64,000 bases of DNA, taken from the IMG/VR virus record IMGVR_UViG_3300017743_005089, positions 36,971 to 100,970 of that record, one strand, 5' to 3'. The stretch's first letter is position 1, and each line of letters starts with the position of its first letter. This document shows positions 9,566 through 19,775 of this stretch, piece by piece. Source of the DNA: a virus. A program made the translations under genes and the position numbers. A model generated the notes under the pieces. The model was not told the DNA's origin, did not search any database, and saw only the letters and a list, made by a program, of their open reading frames with translations.

Positions 9566-10158
9566 TCGACCATAAAAACAAAATTATATTTGCACATATC
9601 CCAAAAACTGGCGGTACTAGTGTGGAAAAATTATTTCCTGAAGGTTTTGGTCCTCAGCACCATCCGCTATCTTGGTTCAAAAAACAGCGCCCCCATATTT
9701 ATAAAAAATATTTCAAGTTCTCCATATGCAGAAATCCTTATGACAAAATAGTTTCTGAATATTTTTGGCATGTGCATGATCCACTTAATCAATTCAAAGG
9801 TAGATTTCAATTTTTATCTTTTAATGAATTCGTTAAATTATTTTTTAAAATAGATGGTTCTTTTTTGGAATTTAAATACGATGGATGGTTTGAAATGCAT
9901 TTTGAAACACACCGCATGCCTCAAACGTTTTTCTTAGATCCCGTTTCGGATTTAGATTTTATTATAAGATTTGAAAATTTCCAAGAAGACTTCGATATCG
10001 TCTGCGAAAAAATTGCAATCCCCCAACAACAACTTCCACATCAAAACAAAACCAAACACAAATGCTATACCGAATACTACGACGACGAAACGCGAGAGAT
10101 CGTCGCAAAAAAGTACGCAAAAGACATTGAGTATTTCGGATATGAGTTTGGGTCATGA
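9562..10158 (+). CDS. Sulfotransferase family 2 protein
   Basis: HIPKTGGT, RNPYDKIVS, DIEYFGYEF. Confidence 0.88.
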   Translation: MIDHKNKIIFAHIPKTGGTSVEKLFPEGFGPQHHPLSWFKKQRPHIYKKYFKFSICRNPYDKIVSEYFWHVHDPLNQFKGRFQFLSFNEFVKLFFKIDGSFLEFKYDGWFEMHFETHRMPQTFFLDPVSDLDFIIRFENFQEDFDIVCEKIAIPQQQLPHQNKTKHKCYTEYYDDETREIVAKKYAKDIEYFGYEFGS

Positions 10159-10224
10159 ATAATTATTACTATTAAACCCCTTGATTATACTAATGTCGAA
10201 TTCCTAGACAAGCCAAATTGGTAA
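10155..10224 (+). pseudogene. Gene remnant or deletion scar
   Basis: First 19 nt are identical to the start of the 6521 gene; followed by an out-of-frame tail ending in TAA before the next ATG. Confidence 0.45.
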
Positions 10225-10225
10225 T

Positions 10226-10972
10226 ATGAATCTTAAAATTATATCATTTTGCAATTATCCTTATAGAGAAATAGCTTTAAATTGGGTCAAACATTTAAAA
10301 GCTTTATCCATAGAAAATTATGAAGTATTGTGTTTAGATCCTGAGTCTGATGAATATTTAAAGTATTATGATTGCAACTCAAGGGTTCTCGATGAATTTA
10401 ATGATGACTGGATTTCTGGATGTAAGCATACAATGCGTCGCACTTTTATATTCAAAAAGTATTTAGAAGATGGTTTTGATATTATTCATTCAGATACCGA
10501 TGCGCTTTGGCTTAAAAATCCAGTTCCTCAATTAATAGAGTCTAATAACGAAGATGTTATTGTTTCAACCGTTCGTCATAGTGAAGCATTTCCGCCAGAA
10601 GTTCGTGAAGCTTTTGGATTTACATGCTGTATGGGATGGATCTTTTTTAGAAGCAATCAAAAAACAATTAGCTACCTTGATAGGTTCTTAAACACTCGTG
10701 AGATCAAAGGGTCAGACCAGAAAAACTTCAACCAATTTCTATTGCATAATCATCCTACAACTCAACCCCATAAGTTTGGTGATAGATTAATTATAGATAA
10801 TGTCGCGGATCAGGATTACAACTACAACGAACTATCTTTATTAGCTTTAAATAAACCACTAGTTAAGCGTGGACCAATAGAAGATGACACATATGTCTGG
10901 CACCCTAATACAAGAAAAGAAGCTCAGCACAAAAAACAGTCATTCATAGATAGAAAAAAATGGCTTCTTTAG
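10226..10972 (+). CDS. GT77-like nucleotide-diphospho-sugar transferase
   Basis: ALNWV, IIHSDTDALWLKNP, MGW.FFR, DQKNFN. Confidence 0.78.
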   Translation: MNLKIISFCNYPYREIALNWVKHLKALSIENYEVLCLDPESDEYLKYYDCNSRVLDEFNDDWISGCKHTMRRTFIFKKYLEDGFDIIHSDTDALWLKNPVPQLIESNNEDVIVSTVRHSEAFPPEVREAFGFTCCMGWIFFRSNQKTISYLDRFLNTREIKGSDQKNFNQFLLHNHPTTQPHKFGDRLIIDNVADQDYNYNELSLLALNKPLVKRGPIEDDTYVWHPNTRKEAQHKKQSFIDRKKWLL

Positions 10973-11652
10973 ATAGAAAAATAATAGCAGCATTAGTTTC
11001 TGTAAATTATTCTGATTTCCTGGAATTAGTTTTACCATTTAACACTAAAATATTTGACGCTATATATGTTATCACCGCAAAAGAAGATAAAAAATGTATA
11101 GATATATGTTCAAAATACGATAATGTAAATTGCTTTATAGTTGAAAATCATATTGTAAAAAAACACGGCAACTTTAATAAAGGGGCAATCTTTAATAAAT
11201 TTTTCGATTTTTTAAATGATCGAAATTTTAATGATCTAATCTGCTTAACTGATTCTGATATCATTTTTCCACCTGAGTTTAAGTCTTTATTATGTAATCT
11301 AGAAGACCAAAACTTATACTCGCTGTCGAGGGCTTTCTGCCAAAACGAAAATCAATTCAATAGATATTCAGAGCATATTAAGTCAGGCAAATCTCATAAT
11401 ACAGGGATCGATAGAAGGGCTAGTCCAAATCTAGCTGGAATCGGATATATGCAGCTTTTTAAATTTCGAAAAGATATTCGAATGTCTGAAGATTTTGGTC
11501 ATGCTGGAAAATCAGACCACCTTTTTGTCTCCGAAAACTTTAAGCGAAAAGGTGGTGAATGCATTAATTTGAAAGAAGGCCAGTACTGCGTTCATTTAGG
11601 GGCAACAGGCACAAACTGGAAGGGAAGGCGCAGCAGAAAATGGAAAATTTAA
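10960..11652 (+). CDS. GT-A fold glycosyltransferase
   Basis: VSVNYSDFL, FNKG..FN, LTDSDI, GYMQLF, HLG...NWKGR. Confidence 0.7.
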   Translation: MASLDRKIIAALVSVNYSDFLELVLPFNTKIFDAIYVITAKEDKKCIDICSKYDNVNCFIVENHIVKKHGNFNKGAIFNKFFDFLNDRNFNDLICLTDSDIIFPPEFKSLLCNLEDQNLYSLSRAFCQNENQFNRYSEHIKSGKSHNTGIDRRASPNLAGIGYMQLFKFRKDIRMSEDFGHAGKSDHLFVSENFKRKGGECINLKEGQYCVHLGATGTNWKGRRSRKWKI

Positions 11653-12113
11653 TATCACATCTTGAGGGCCCCAATAAACATATTATTAATTTAATAAAAC
11701 TCAATGATGGGAAGGTTGTCAATTCAACAAGTAAATGGTTAAGTGATCGTTGGTTTTTACGAGAAACAAACTTTGAAAAAAACCTAACATGTGTCGAAAT
11801 TAGCCCATTTAAGAGCTCAAAAGATTCGAATGTTTTCGTTGGTAAGAAATACTTAAACCACAAAATACACAAATCTTTCCCCAAAACTCTTTTGAATATT
11901 GATTTTTTGTCAATACTTGGTCCCGATATAGCCTTAGAAACTCTATGTAAAATAAATTTTACAAAACAAAAGATTAAATATTTTTGTATAGCCATCAACC
12001 CAGTAAAAACAAAAGATTTTAAACAAAACAAAAAAGATATAGAATTATTTATGAAGGATAAGGCTAAATTTGTAAAACAAAATAGAACAGAGCTTTTGTA
12101 TAGTGTAATATAA
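11640..12113 (+). CDS. Hypothetical protein, degenerate FkbM-like methyltransferase
   Basis: IDFLSILG..ALETL.KINF....IKYFCI resembles the FkbM C-terminal IDFLSIDVEG region; no SAM-binding loop. Confidence 0.4.
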   Translation: MENLISHLEGPNKHIINLIKLNDGKVVNSTSKWLSDRWFLRETNFEKNLTCVEISPFKSSKDSNVFVGKKYLNHKIHKSFPKTLLNIDFLSILGPDIALETLCKINFTKQKIKYFCIAINPVKTKDFKQNKKDIELFMKDKAKFVKQNRTELLYSVI

Positions 12114-12118
12114 TTACT

Positions 12119-13819
12119 ATGAACAATATACAAATAAAAACAGGGGCAAATTTAAGCCGCCTACTTCAATCTACAGTAAATATTCCTCAAGCTTTTACGG
12201 AGTTAGTTAAAAATTCCATACAAAATTTTTCTACATTTTGTCGCATTGATTTCAATAGCTCAAACGTAGTCATAGTTGACGACGGGCAAGGATTTGATCA
12301 TGAAAAAGACGAAAATGGCATGAATGGATTTGAGAAGTACTTTGTTTTTGGAAATTCATACGATTTAACTGGCGGCCAAGGAGTTAAACTTGGTCAAATG
12401 GGCATAGGCGGGAAGCTTGCAAACGATAAACTTTCCCATGAAACAGATATACATTGGACTATTGAAACAAAAAACAAACACGGCAAGTGCTTTCTTGTTG
12501 AGTATAAGCCTTCTGGCACTGAATTTCTAAATGAGTATTCGCCTTCCTTAACTGAAATTACCGAAGATGATTGTTCTATTGAAACTAAATCTGGAACTAA
12601 AATTACTATAGTTACATTAAAAGAAAATATACAAAAAGATGGCTGGCCATCTGGCGCAATCAAAGGAGAGCTCTGTACATTTTTTGGCTTCCTATTGCCT
12701 CAATTGGAAAAAGAAGGCAAGAAGTTTAATATCCACCTAAATGGTGAAAGTTTAGATTTTTCTTACAAACTCCCAGGGTCTAACATTCCAATTATTAGAC
12801 GCACGTTCAATTACGATTATTACGGAGAAATAAAAACAGGAAATATTGAGTTTAGATTATCTTTGATATACAACCGTGGCATAATTAAAAATCATCCTTT
12901 AAAAAACATTGACATTATATCAAAAGTTAAGATTTGCCCATTTTATTTATCAGATCAAGACATGCTTGAATCAACCTTAAGATGGATGGAAGATAAAAAT
13001 GGTGAAGAAATTGAATTTAAAGATAAAATTTACAACGTATTCAATCAATTGATTGGTTTTATATCTTGCGATGAGTTATCAGAAGTTATGGATAACACAG
13101 GTATGCCCGCTAAAGACTTATCTCACCATGGCCTGCGAAATGACCATCCTATTACTATTCCGTTTTACAACAGAGTATACAAGGTTATAGTCGAATGGAT
13201 AGTTGAATATATAAAGTTAAATCAAGAAGAAAAAATGAATATACTTGACGCCTTAGCTAATGAAATCTCTTCAATGTTGGCTGAATATTTTGAAGACGAG
13301 GATTTCTCTGACTTATGGGACGATGAAGAAGAAGAGGAAGATGATGACGAAATCATCGAAGAAACCCCAGAAGAAGAAGAGCGTAGAGAATTAGAAAAAT
13401 TTGCTGAATATGCTATCGAAAAAGAATGGAATTTTGAACCAGAGCCCGAAGAGGAGGAAGAGGAGCCTAAACCCGAAAATAATATTCCGCCTCTTTGGAA
13501 TAAATACAAAAATCAAAAGCCAAAACAATCCAAAAGACTAAGGTATAGGATTATTGATTTCGGAGAAGAACAGAAAAAATTAATGTCTAAGGTTGATGAT
13601 ACGTCTGACTTTACTATTTTAATTAATAATAGCAATCCAAAATTCCAAAGATTTTATAAAGAAAACTCACCTTTTCTTTTATCACTGCATATATCTGAAA
13701 TGTTAATCAGGGAAATTTCTATGTACAGAAACCCACTAGCTAGACCCTCAGATATAGATGAAAGCATTAGTGATTTTTATGAAAATAAGTATTCTCAAGT
13801 AAAAGAAAAAAGTGAATAG
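12119..13819 (+). CDS. GHKL/MORC-like ATPase with long acidic tract
   Basis: ELVKNS, DDGQG, GQMGIG, GTKITI Bergerat motifs; D/E-rich stretch around aa 390-450. Confidence 0.8.
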   Translation: MNNIQIKTGANLSRLLQSTVNIPQAFTELVKNSIQNFSTFCRIDFNSSNVVIVDDGQGFDHEKDENGMNGFEKYFVFGNSYDLTGGQGVKLGQMGIGGKLANDKLSHETDIHWTIETKNKHGKCFLVEYKPSGTEFLNEYSPSLTEITEDDCSIETKSGTKITIVTLKENIQKDGWPSGAIKGELCTFFGFLLPQLEKEGKKFNIHLNGESLDFSYKLPGSNIPIIRRTFNYDYYGEIKTGNIEFRLSLIYNRGIIKNHPLKNIDIISKVKICPFYLSDQDMLESTLRWMEDKNGEEIEFKDKIYNVFNQLIGFISCDELSEVMDNTGMPAKDLSHHGLRNDHPITIPFYNRVYKVIVEWIVEYIKLNQEEKMNILDALANEISSMLAEYFEDEDFSDLWDDEEEEEDDDEIIEETPEEEERRELEKFAEYAIEKEWNFEPEPEEEEEEPKPENNIPPLWNKYKNQKPKQSKRLRYRIIDFGEEQKKLMSKVDDTSDFTILINNSNPKFQRFYKENSPFLLSLHISEMLIREISMYRNPLARPSDIDESISDFYENKYSQVKEKSE

Positions 13820-14738
13820 AGTTATTGGTAATCCTGAAAACTTTGATTTGTCTTGTGAAGAAGATCGATTTAGGTTTGGAAAAGTTGTCATAGAGAAACA
13901 AAACGGACAACTATTAAATCATTATTACGATCACTCGCCCTGGAAGTTTAGCGCAAAAAATTCAAAAGCAGTTAGTTTTATCAAGCAAATAGAAAGAGCT
14001 GATACGTCTCTTTGTTTTCCAGATTTTGAACCAATTAAAATTTATTTTATTGATTTCCCGCCAAAAGCTCAAATCATTCATGAATCAAAAGAAGCTATTT
14101 TATTCCAATCATATATAGACAAACATGAGCCAGAATGCCCACCGAATCTAAAACTTCATCCTGATTTTATTTGCTGTCCTGATTTTACTTTCTGGGATTG
14201 GTGTGGAATGAAGTATGATCAATATTTTCCTAAGGTTCAAAACGCAGGAAAATTAAAACCAACTTCTCAAAAAATGTTTTGGCGTGGTACAAAATATCCC
14301 AAGCTTCGTGGTCCATTGGTGAATCTCAGCGAAAAATATCCAGACTTAATTGACGCTCAATTCTCAAAGCCTAATAAAAATGATGCTAATTTTATATCCC
14401 TGGAAGATGCTGTTGCTGGTTATTCTTATTTTATTGACCTACAAGCTTCTGGATGGAGTCCAAGAGTTAAATATTTTCTTCAATCACATCGTTTGACTTT
14501 CTTACAAGAACGCTTTCACAAAGCTTATTATGAAAAGTATCTAGTTCCAATGGAGCATTATATTCCAATCAAAAAAGATCTTTCTGATCTTGTGGAAAAA
14601 ATTAATTGGGCAAACGATAACCCTGAACACGTTAAAGAGATTATTGATAATGCTTTTGACTTTAGTTTGACTCATTTTTCTATTGATGCTGTAAATAAAA
14701 AATGGCTTGAAGTAATTAAGGCTTCTCAAAATGCATGA
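13812..14738 (+). CDS. GT90 (CAP10/POGLUT-like) glycosyltransferase
   Basis: FWRG..R, Y.YFID..GWSPRVKYFL, LVPMEHYIP...DLSDL.EKINW. Confidence 0.82.
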   Translation: MNRVIGNPENFDLSCEEDRFRFGKVVIEKQNGQLLNHYYDHSPWKFSAKNSKAVSFIKQIERADTSLCFPDFEPIKIYFIDFPPKAQIIHESKEAILFQSYIDKHEPECPPNLKLHPDFICCPDFTFWDWCGMKYDQYFPKVQNAGKLKPTSQKMFWRGTKYPKLRGPLVNLSEKYPDLIDAQFSKPNKNDANFISLEDAVAGYSYFIDLQASGWSPRVKYFLQSHRLTFLQERFHKAYYEKYLVPMEHYIPIKKDLSDLVEKINWANDNPEHVKEIIDNAFDFSLTHFSIDAVNKKWLEVIKASQNA

Positions 14739-15390
14739 TTTATACATATTAACTACGGCAATCGATAGGCCTGATTTACATAATCAGACATTACCACCAT
14801 TTTTTGACATACTTCAAAAACAAGGCATTAATTATAAATGGTTTATTAATTTAGACTCTCCATTTAAAAAAACACAAGAAGCTGTAGATAATTTCAAAAA
14901 CTTTACTTTAGGTACTCAAGATTTACATATATCAGACAAGGCTTGTTTTTATTCAGCAGCAAAACATGTGATCACCTCGGCTTACAAGGAACTCCAAAAC
15001 TTGGATGGTTATATTATGTGGCTTGAAGATGACTGGGACTTACTTATTCCATTTAATATGAGAGAATTAATTGACGGTAATTATGAATACATTGGTTTTC
15101 ACTTTCATCACTTTTTTGAGTTTTCATTTAACCCGACTATATGGAGTAAAGATTTCTTTGTTAAAAATGTATACGAACCCTTTGCAGCCTCAGAAGAGTC
15201 CATTGATCCAGAGCAACTACTCATTAATCACCATAAACAAACGAGATCTAAAAACCCCAATCACTTAAAAAATGTGAATCGAATTAATTTCAATGGAGTA
15301 TTTGAAGACGCTGGGAGAAAATGGGGGCAACAATATAATTTAAAAAAATGGAACAAAAACAAAGTAGGAGGAAGTGTTAGTTATGCCTAA
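14731..15390 (+). CDS. GT-A-like glycosyltransferase
   Basis: TTAIDRPDL, IMWLEDDW, FSFNPTIW; island context. Confidence 0.6.
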   Translation: MHDLYILTTAIDRPDLHNQTLPPFFDILQKQGINYKWFINLDSPFKKTQEAVDNFKNFTLGTQDLHISDKACFYSAAKHVITSAYKELQNLDGYIMWLEDDWDLLIPFNMRELIDGNYEYIGFHFHHFFEFSFNPTIWSKDFFVKNVYEPFAASEESIDPEQLLINHHKQTRSKNPNHLKNVNRINFNGVFEDAGRKWGQQYNLKKWNKNKVGGSVSYA

Positions 15391-16114
15391 AGCCTCCATA
15401 ATATTATCGTCCCATAATAACTTATCCGAACTTGAGTTAAGTATTGAAAGCTTAAAATACCAAACAGAAAAAGATTTCGAAATCATTATAGCGGATGATG
15501 GATCAACGGATGGCACTATAGAATATTTAGAAGAGCAAGGCGTAAAATATTTTAGCCGCCCAAATGAAGGGTATAGATTAGCCTACATATGGAATCGTGG
15601 CGCAGAATTAGCATCTGGAGATAGATTTATCTTTGGTAACTCAGATATTATATCTCATCCCAAAAGAATCGAAGAGCATTTATTGTGCGGTGATAATCTA
15701 GTTGCTGGAATTTATCCATCAATACCCATTGATTATGTGCATACCATAACCAAACACAAGATAAAATATGATTTTTGGTCGATAGATTTAATAGCTACAG
15801 AAGACAGAAGAAAAGATTATATTTCTGGCCTAAAAAAGCCTCAGTTAAATCATGGTAAAAAAATACCACCTCGATACATGTATGGAGGGAACTGGTCTTG
15901 CCCTGCTAATGTCTTTAAAAAACTTGGTGGACTTGACGAAGGATTTAAGGGCTGGGGTGGAGAAGATTTTGATTTAGCTAGAAGAGCTCAGCTAGATGAT
16001 CGCGACGTGATACTAAACATCAACTGCATGGGCTACCACCTCGACCATGATACGGTCAATAGGGATGAAACTAGATCACTCGGCAAAGGTTACTTTAATA
16101 AAAAATGGTCATAA
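15383..16114 (+). CDS. GT2 glycosyltransferase with GT7C-like C-terminus
   Basis: EIIIADDGSTD, WNRG, GGLDEGFKGWGGEDFDL, YHLDH; ATG at 15383 preferred. Confidence 0.85.
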   Translation: MPKASIILSSHNNLSELELSIESLKYQTEKDFEIIIADDGSTDGTIEYLEEQGVKYFSRPNEGYRLAYIWNRGAELASGDRFIFGNSDIISHPKRIEEHLLCGDNLVAGIYPSIPIDYVHTITKHKIKYDFWSIDLIATEDRRKDYISGLKKPQLNHGKKIPPRYMYGGNWSCPANVFKKLGGLDEGFKGWGGEDFDLARRAQLDDRDVILNINCMGYHLDHDTVNRDETRSLGKGYFNKKWS

Positions 16115-16131
16115 CACTAACATAAAATATA

Positions 16132-16932
16132 ATGAAACCTCAAATAATAGATGCATTTATGCTGAACAACGAATTGGACGCTCTCAACTTCAGGCTCCAT
16201 GAACTAAACAAATATGTAGACAAGTTCGTAATCTATGAGAACTCATGGACTCATAGCGGCAATAAGAAACCTCTCCATTTTGAAGAAAACAAGCAAATGT
16301 TTTCTGAATTTTCTAATAAGATAGTTCACATAAAAAGCAATACACGAGGGAAAGACAACTGGAAAAGGGAGTTTGCTCAAAGATATGAAGTTTTGCTTAA
16401 AGGTGTATCTTCTCTTAATTTAAATGATAACGATATTGTTTCACTTTGTGACTTAGATGAAGTCATAGACCCTAAATTAATCTTAAACTACAAAGAAGAA
16501 TTGCCCAGCAATAGCCCGCTTTTAGTTTGCCCTCATTGGTTCAATGTTTCTTGGGATTGCTATCTTGGGGCATGGAATCATCACAGCATTGTATTTTCTT
16601 ATTGGGGGGAACTGAAAAAAAGATTAGGCCACTGGAGGGGTACGCATTGCGGATGGCGATGGGACCACCCTAAATTCCCCAAGCCAATCCAAAGAAAAGA
16701 ACTTTCTGGCTGGCATGCATCTTGGTTTATGGATCCTGAAGATTTAATTGTGAAGCTTAAAAGCTTTGCTCATAATGGCGAAGATTGGGTTTCGAAGATA
16801 TTAAAAGATATTAATATAATTGACAGCAGAATTAAAGAGGGCAAAGATGTGACTGGAAGATTTAACATTAAAAAGTTTGATTCCCCTTATCCTAGATATA
16901 AGGATTTAATTAATTATGGAATTAAAAAATAA
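16132..16932 (+). CDS. GT17 (MGAT3-like GlcNAc transferase)
   Basis: NNELD.L..RL.EL..YVD.FVI.E, W.RE..QR, DLDE, GWH.SWF, KLKSFAH. Confidence 0.85.
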   Translation: MKPQIIDAFMLNNELDALNFRLHELNKYVDKFVIYENSWTHSGNKKPLHFEENKQMFSEFSNKIVHIKSNTRGKDNWKREFAQRYEVLLKGVSSLNLNDNDIVSLCDLDEVIDPKLILNYKEELPSNSPLLVCPHWFNVSWDCYLGAWNHHSIVFSYWGELKKRLGHWRGTHCGWRWDHPKFPKPIQRKELSGWHASWFMDPEDLIVKLKSFAHNGEDWVSKILKDINIIDSRIKEGKDVTGRFNIKKFDSPYPRYKDLINYGIKK

Positions 16933-17656
16933 AACTGCTTCTATTTGTGGCTGTGCGAAAAATATAGCAGAACACTTACCTTTATCAATTTCTAAAATTG
17001 AAATGATTTCTTCTGTTTTTAAAGAAGTAAAAATTTTTATTTTCGAGAACGATTCAACAGATGATACGCTGGTAATACTTAATCAATGGGCAAGCGATAA
17101 TAAATCAGTAGAAGTTATATCGGAAAACAACATCCCACTTAAAGCCACTAAAGGGTGGTATAAAAGAGTTGAAACACTGTCTTATGCGCGCAATAAGGTT
17201 TTAGAAGCCACAAAAAAATATGAACCCGATTATTATATTATGATTGATCTGGACGAAGTTATTAGCAAGCTGAGTCTAGATGGTTTTTTAAGTTCTTTTA
17301 ATCTTGAGGTTGACTGGGACATGGTTGGAGCAAATCAAACAGGCCACTATTACGACTTGTGGGTCTTAAGAACCTTTGATGATTGGATGAATTATGACTG
17401 TTGGGAAGAATGCGTACCAAAGCATGGTTATGAAAAATGCATAGAATCAAAAAAACGAAACATTCCAATTGACTCAGAACCCATAGAGGTTTTATCCTGC
17501 TTTGGAGGCCTTGGTATCTACAAGTTCAGCCATGTAAAAAATTGCAACTATACTAAATCAGGAAAAAGAACAGTTGAACACACATATTTACACAACCAAA
17601 TGAGAGAAAAAAATAATTCTCGTTTTTTTATCAACCCCAAGATGATAGGATACTAA
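16916..17656 (+). CDS. GT69/CAP59-like mannosyltransferase-fold protein
   Basis: ENDSTDDT, L..ARN, IDLD, YYDLW.LR, V.SCFGGLGIY, EH. Confidence 0.75.
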   Translation: MELKNKTASICGCAKNIAEHLPLSISKIEMISSVFKEVKIFIFENDSTDDTLVILNQWASDNKSVEVISENNIPLKATKGWYKRVETLSYARNKVLEATKKYEPDYYIMIDLDEVISKLSLDGFLSSFNLEVDWDMVGANQTGHYYDLWVLRTFDDWMNYDCWEECVPKHGYEKCIESKKRNIPIDSEPIEVLSCFGGLGIYKFSHVKNCNYTKSGKRTVEHTYLHNQMREKNNSRFFINPKMIGY

Positions 17657-18303
17657 TGAAAAAAATTTTTAAAGTTTTTGTGTGTTGTCATAAATATATC
17701 CACAGGGTTAAAGATATAAAAGCTCGTGTCAACAAATGGAAGCTTGGTGATTACTTAATTTTTGTCGGCGGCCAAGAGCAAAAACAGTTGGAAGAAAATG
17801 TTATTCAGTTAAAATGCCGCGATCTATACGAAGATCTGCCAGAAAAAATGTTTACTATTTATAGGTATTTAGCAGGTAACGGATACGCTGATAAATATGA
17901 CTATTTCTGGAAAATAGATGATGATATTGATTTCATTAGGTGGAACGCTCATAGAGAAACACAACTCTCAGATTGTTTGGTGAATGATTACTGCGGATTA
18001 AAAGTCTTAGACAAGCCAGGAAAAAGAGGGTGGCATATCGGTAGAGTGCAAAAAGATTCGCCATGGTATAACAAAAAATACAATGGAAAATATGTTGATT
18101 GGGCTGACGGAGGATCTACTTATTTCTTAAGTTCTAATTCTATAAATAAATGGAAGAATTTTTATGAACTTTCAGATATAAGATTACACCATATATACGA
18201 AGACCTTGCAGTAGGTTTGTTTTTAAAAAAATGCAATATATTACCCATGCAAATAGACCCTTGGAAGGATAAACCTATACTGAGGTTTAATATAAATAAA
18301 TGA
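17656..18303 (+). CDS. GT31-like (beta-1,3-galactosyltransferase/Fringe) glycosyltransferase
   Basis: D.YEDLPEK, FWKIDDD, GG..YFLS, YEDLAVG. Confidence 0.8.
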   Translation: MKKIFKVFVCCHKYIHRVKDIKARVNKWKLGDYLIFVGGQEQKQLEENVIQLKCRDLYEDLPEKMFTIYRYLAGNGYADKYDYFWKIDDDIDFIRWNAHRETQLSDCLVNDYCGLKVLDKPGKRGWHIGRVQKDSPWYNKKYNGKYVDWADGGSTYFLSSNSINKWKNFYELSDIRLHHIYEDLAVGLFLKKCNILPMQIDPWKDKPILRFNINK

Positions 18304-19073
18304 AAGTGTTTAGCTCCAGCGACCAAGGTCTTTTTGGTAGTTCTTTATTTTGGGTATTGAACAGGCTGCCTTATTTTTATGATAAAAAGATGTACCCTAA
18401 CTGGGAAATACTAAACATTAACCATGGCGACCCTAATAATAATGATAATATAGTTCCTGAAATTATATATCCTATAAAATTATCAGATTTACCTTCAAAA
18501 AAAGTAAACTTAAACACGGTACCAACTCATAATTTTACAGACTTCAATCAAGCTAATTTTTATTTTAATCATTTTTTTCAATTTAATTTTGAAATAATTC
18601 AACTAGCAGACAGCATTTCTAAAAATTTTAAAAACACTCTTGGTATACATTTTAGAGGCAATGACAAAACAAAAACTAATCACGAATCTATCTGCATAAA
18701 TGAAAATCAGTTCTTTAAAAAAATAGAAAAGTTTGCTGAATCAAATAAGTTTGATAGTATTTTCTTATTGTCTGACGACATACAAATTAAAAACAATATA
18801 AAAAATCTATTGTTTGAAAAATTTAAATGCGACATCATTCTTAATGACTTCCCTTTTACTTTCCATATGGATCAAAAAAATATGGATAATAGACTTGAAT
18901 TAACCAAGCAATCTGTTGCAGAAATGCTCGCCTTATCAAAATGCAAATCAGTTCTAAAAAGCCACTCCGCCTTTTCAAGCTGGGCAAAGATAATCAACCC
19001 TGAACTCGAAATGTATCGAGTGAATGAATGCAAAAATAATTGGTTTCCTGATTACTATTTACCTGAGCTGTAA
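18300..19073 (+). CDS. Fucosyltransferase-like GT-B enzyme
   Basis: LGIHFRGNDK, IFLLSDD, EMLALSKC...SAFS. Confidence 0.72.
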   Translation: MKVFSSSDQGLFGSSLFWVLNRLPYFYDKKMYPNWEILNINHGDPNNNDNIVPEIIYPIKLSDLPSKKVNLNTVPTHNFTDFNQANFYFNHFFQFNFEIIQLADSISKNFKNTLGIHFRGNDKTKTNHESICINENQFFKKIEKFAESNKFDSIFLLSDDIQIKNNIKNLLFEKFKCDIILNDFPFTFHMDQKNMDNRLELTKQSVAEMLALSKCKSVLKSHSAFSSWAKIINPELEMYRVNECKNNWFPDYYLPEL

Positions 19074-19774
19074 TGAAAGCTCTTTGTTTTACTTTTGACC
19101 GCAATATGCCAATAATGGAATATGTTTTATATACATATTTTAAGTGCTGGCCAGATAATCCTTTTGTTTTTTACGTTCCGTGGAATGAAGTTAAACCCAG
19201 CTACTTAGTTGATAAATATGGGTCCAATAAAATAAAATTGTTACAAACAGATAGCGCGGTAAAGCCTACAATCCGAACTCTACTTTCGGCAGTTGAGCCC
19301 AATGAGTTTATATGGTGGGCTCAGGACGATAAATACATAATTGATTTTAAAAATAAACAAATTATACAAGACTTACACCAATACAATTCTCAAAATATTG
19401 GCGGATTTATGTTTACTAAAAATTCTGATGCCGAAAAAAGTCACCTTAAAACAAAAAATAATTTTGGTAAGCACGAATTGATTAAGAAAAAAAATCATCA
19501 CCAAATATTTCAGCCACAATTAATTAAAAAGGAGGTTATAGAATATCTTTACCTTCACGATTCCTTAAATGAGCATTACCCCTTACATAATCTTTATAAA
19601 ATTATGAGCTTTAAACCCATTAAAGACTTATACTCCACACAAGTTAACCACATAAGTATCGCTGAATCACTTGACCAAGGTAGAATAACATCAAATTTAG
19701 TGTATCATATGAATGAGGATAATTTTGAAATACCAGATTTACCTCGATGCAACAAAACAATGATTTATTATTAA
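19073..19774 (+). CDS. Putative glycosyltransferase-like protein
   Basis: FIWWAQDDKY DxD-like segment; island context only. Confidence 0.45.
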   Translation: MKALCFTFDRNMPIMEYVLYTYFKCWPDNPFVFYVPWNEVKPSYLVDKYGSNKIKLLQTDSAVKPTIRTLLSAVEPNEFIWWAQDDKYIIDFKNKQIIQDLHQYNSQNIGGFMFTKNSDAEKSHLKTKNNFGKHELIKKKNHHQIFQPQLIKKEVIEYLYLHDSLNEHYPLHNLYKIMSFKPIKDLYSTQVNHISIAESLDQGRITSNLVYHMNEDNFEIPDLPRCNKTMIYY

Positions 19775-19775
19775 A

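Noticed and set aside
11564-12133. 189-aa minus-strand ORF and other short antisense ORFs in the track
   Set aside because: F/L/I/S-rich shadows of + strand genes with no recognisable motifs
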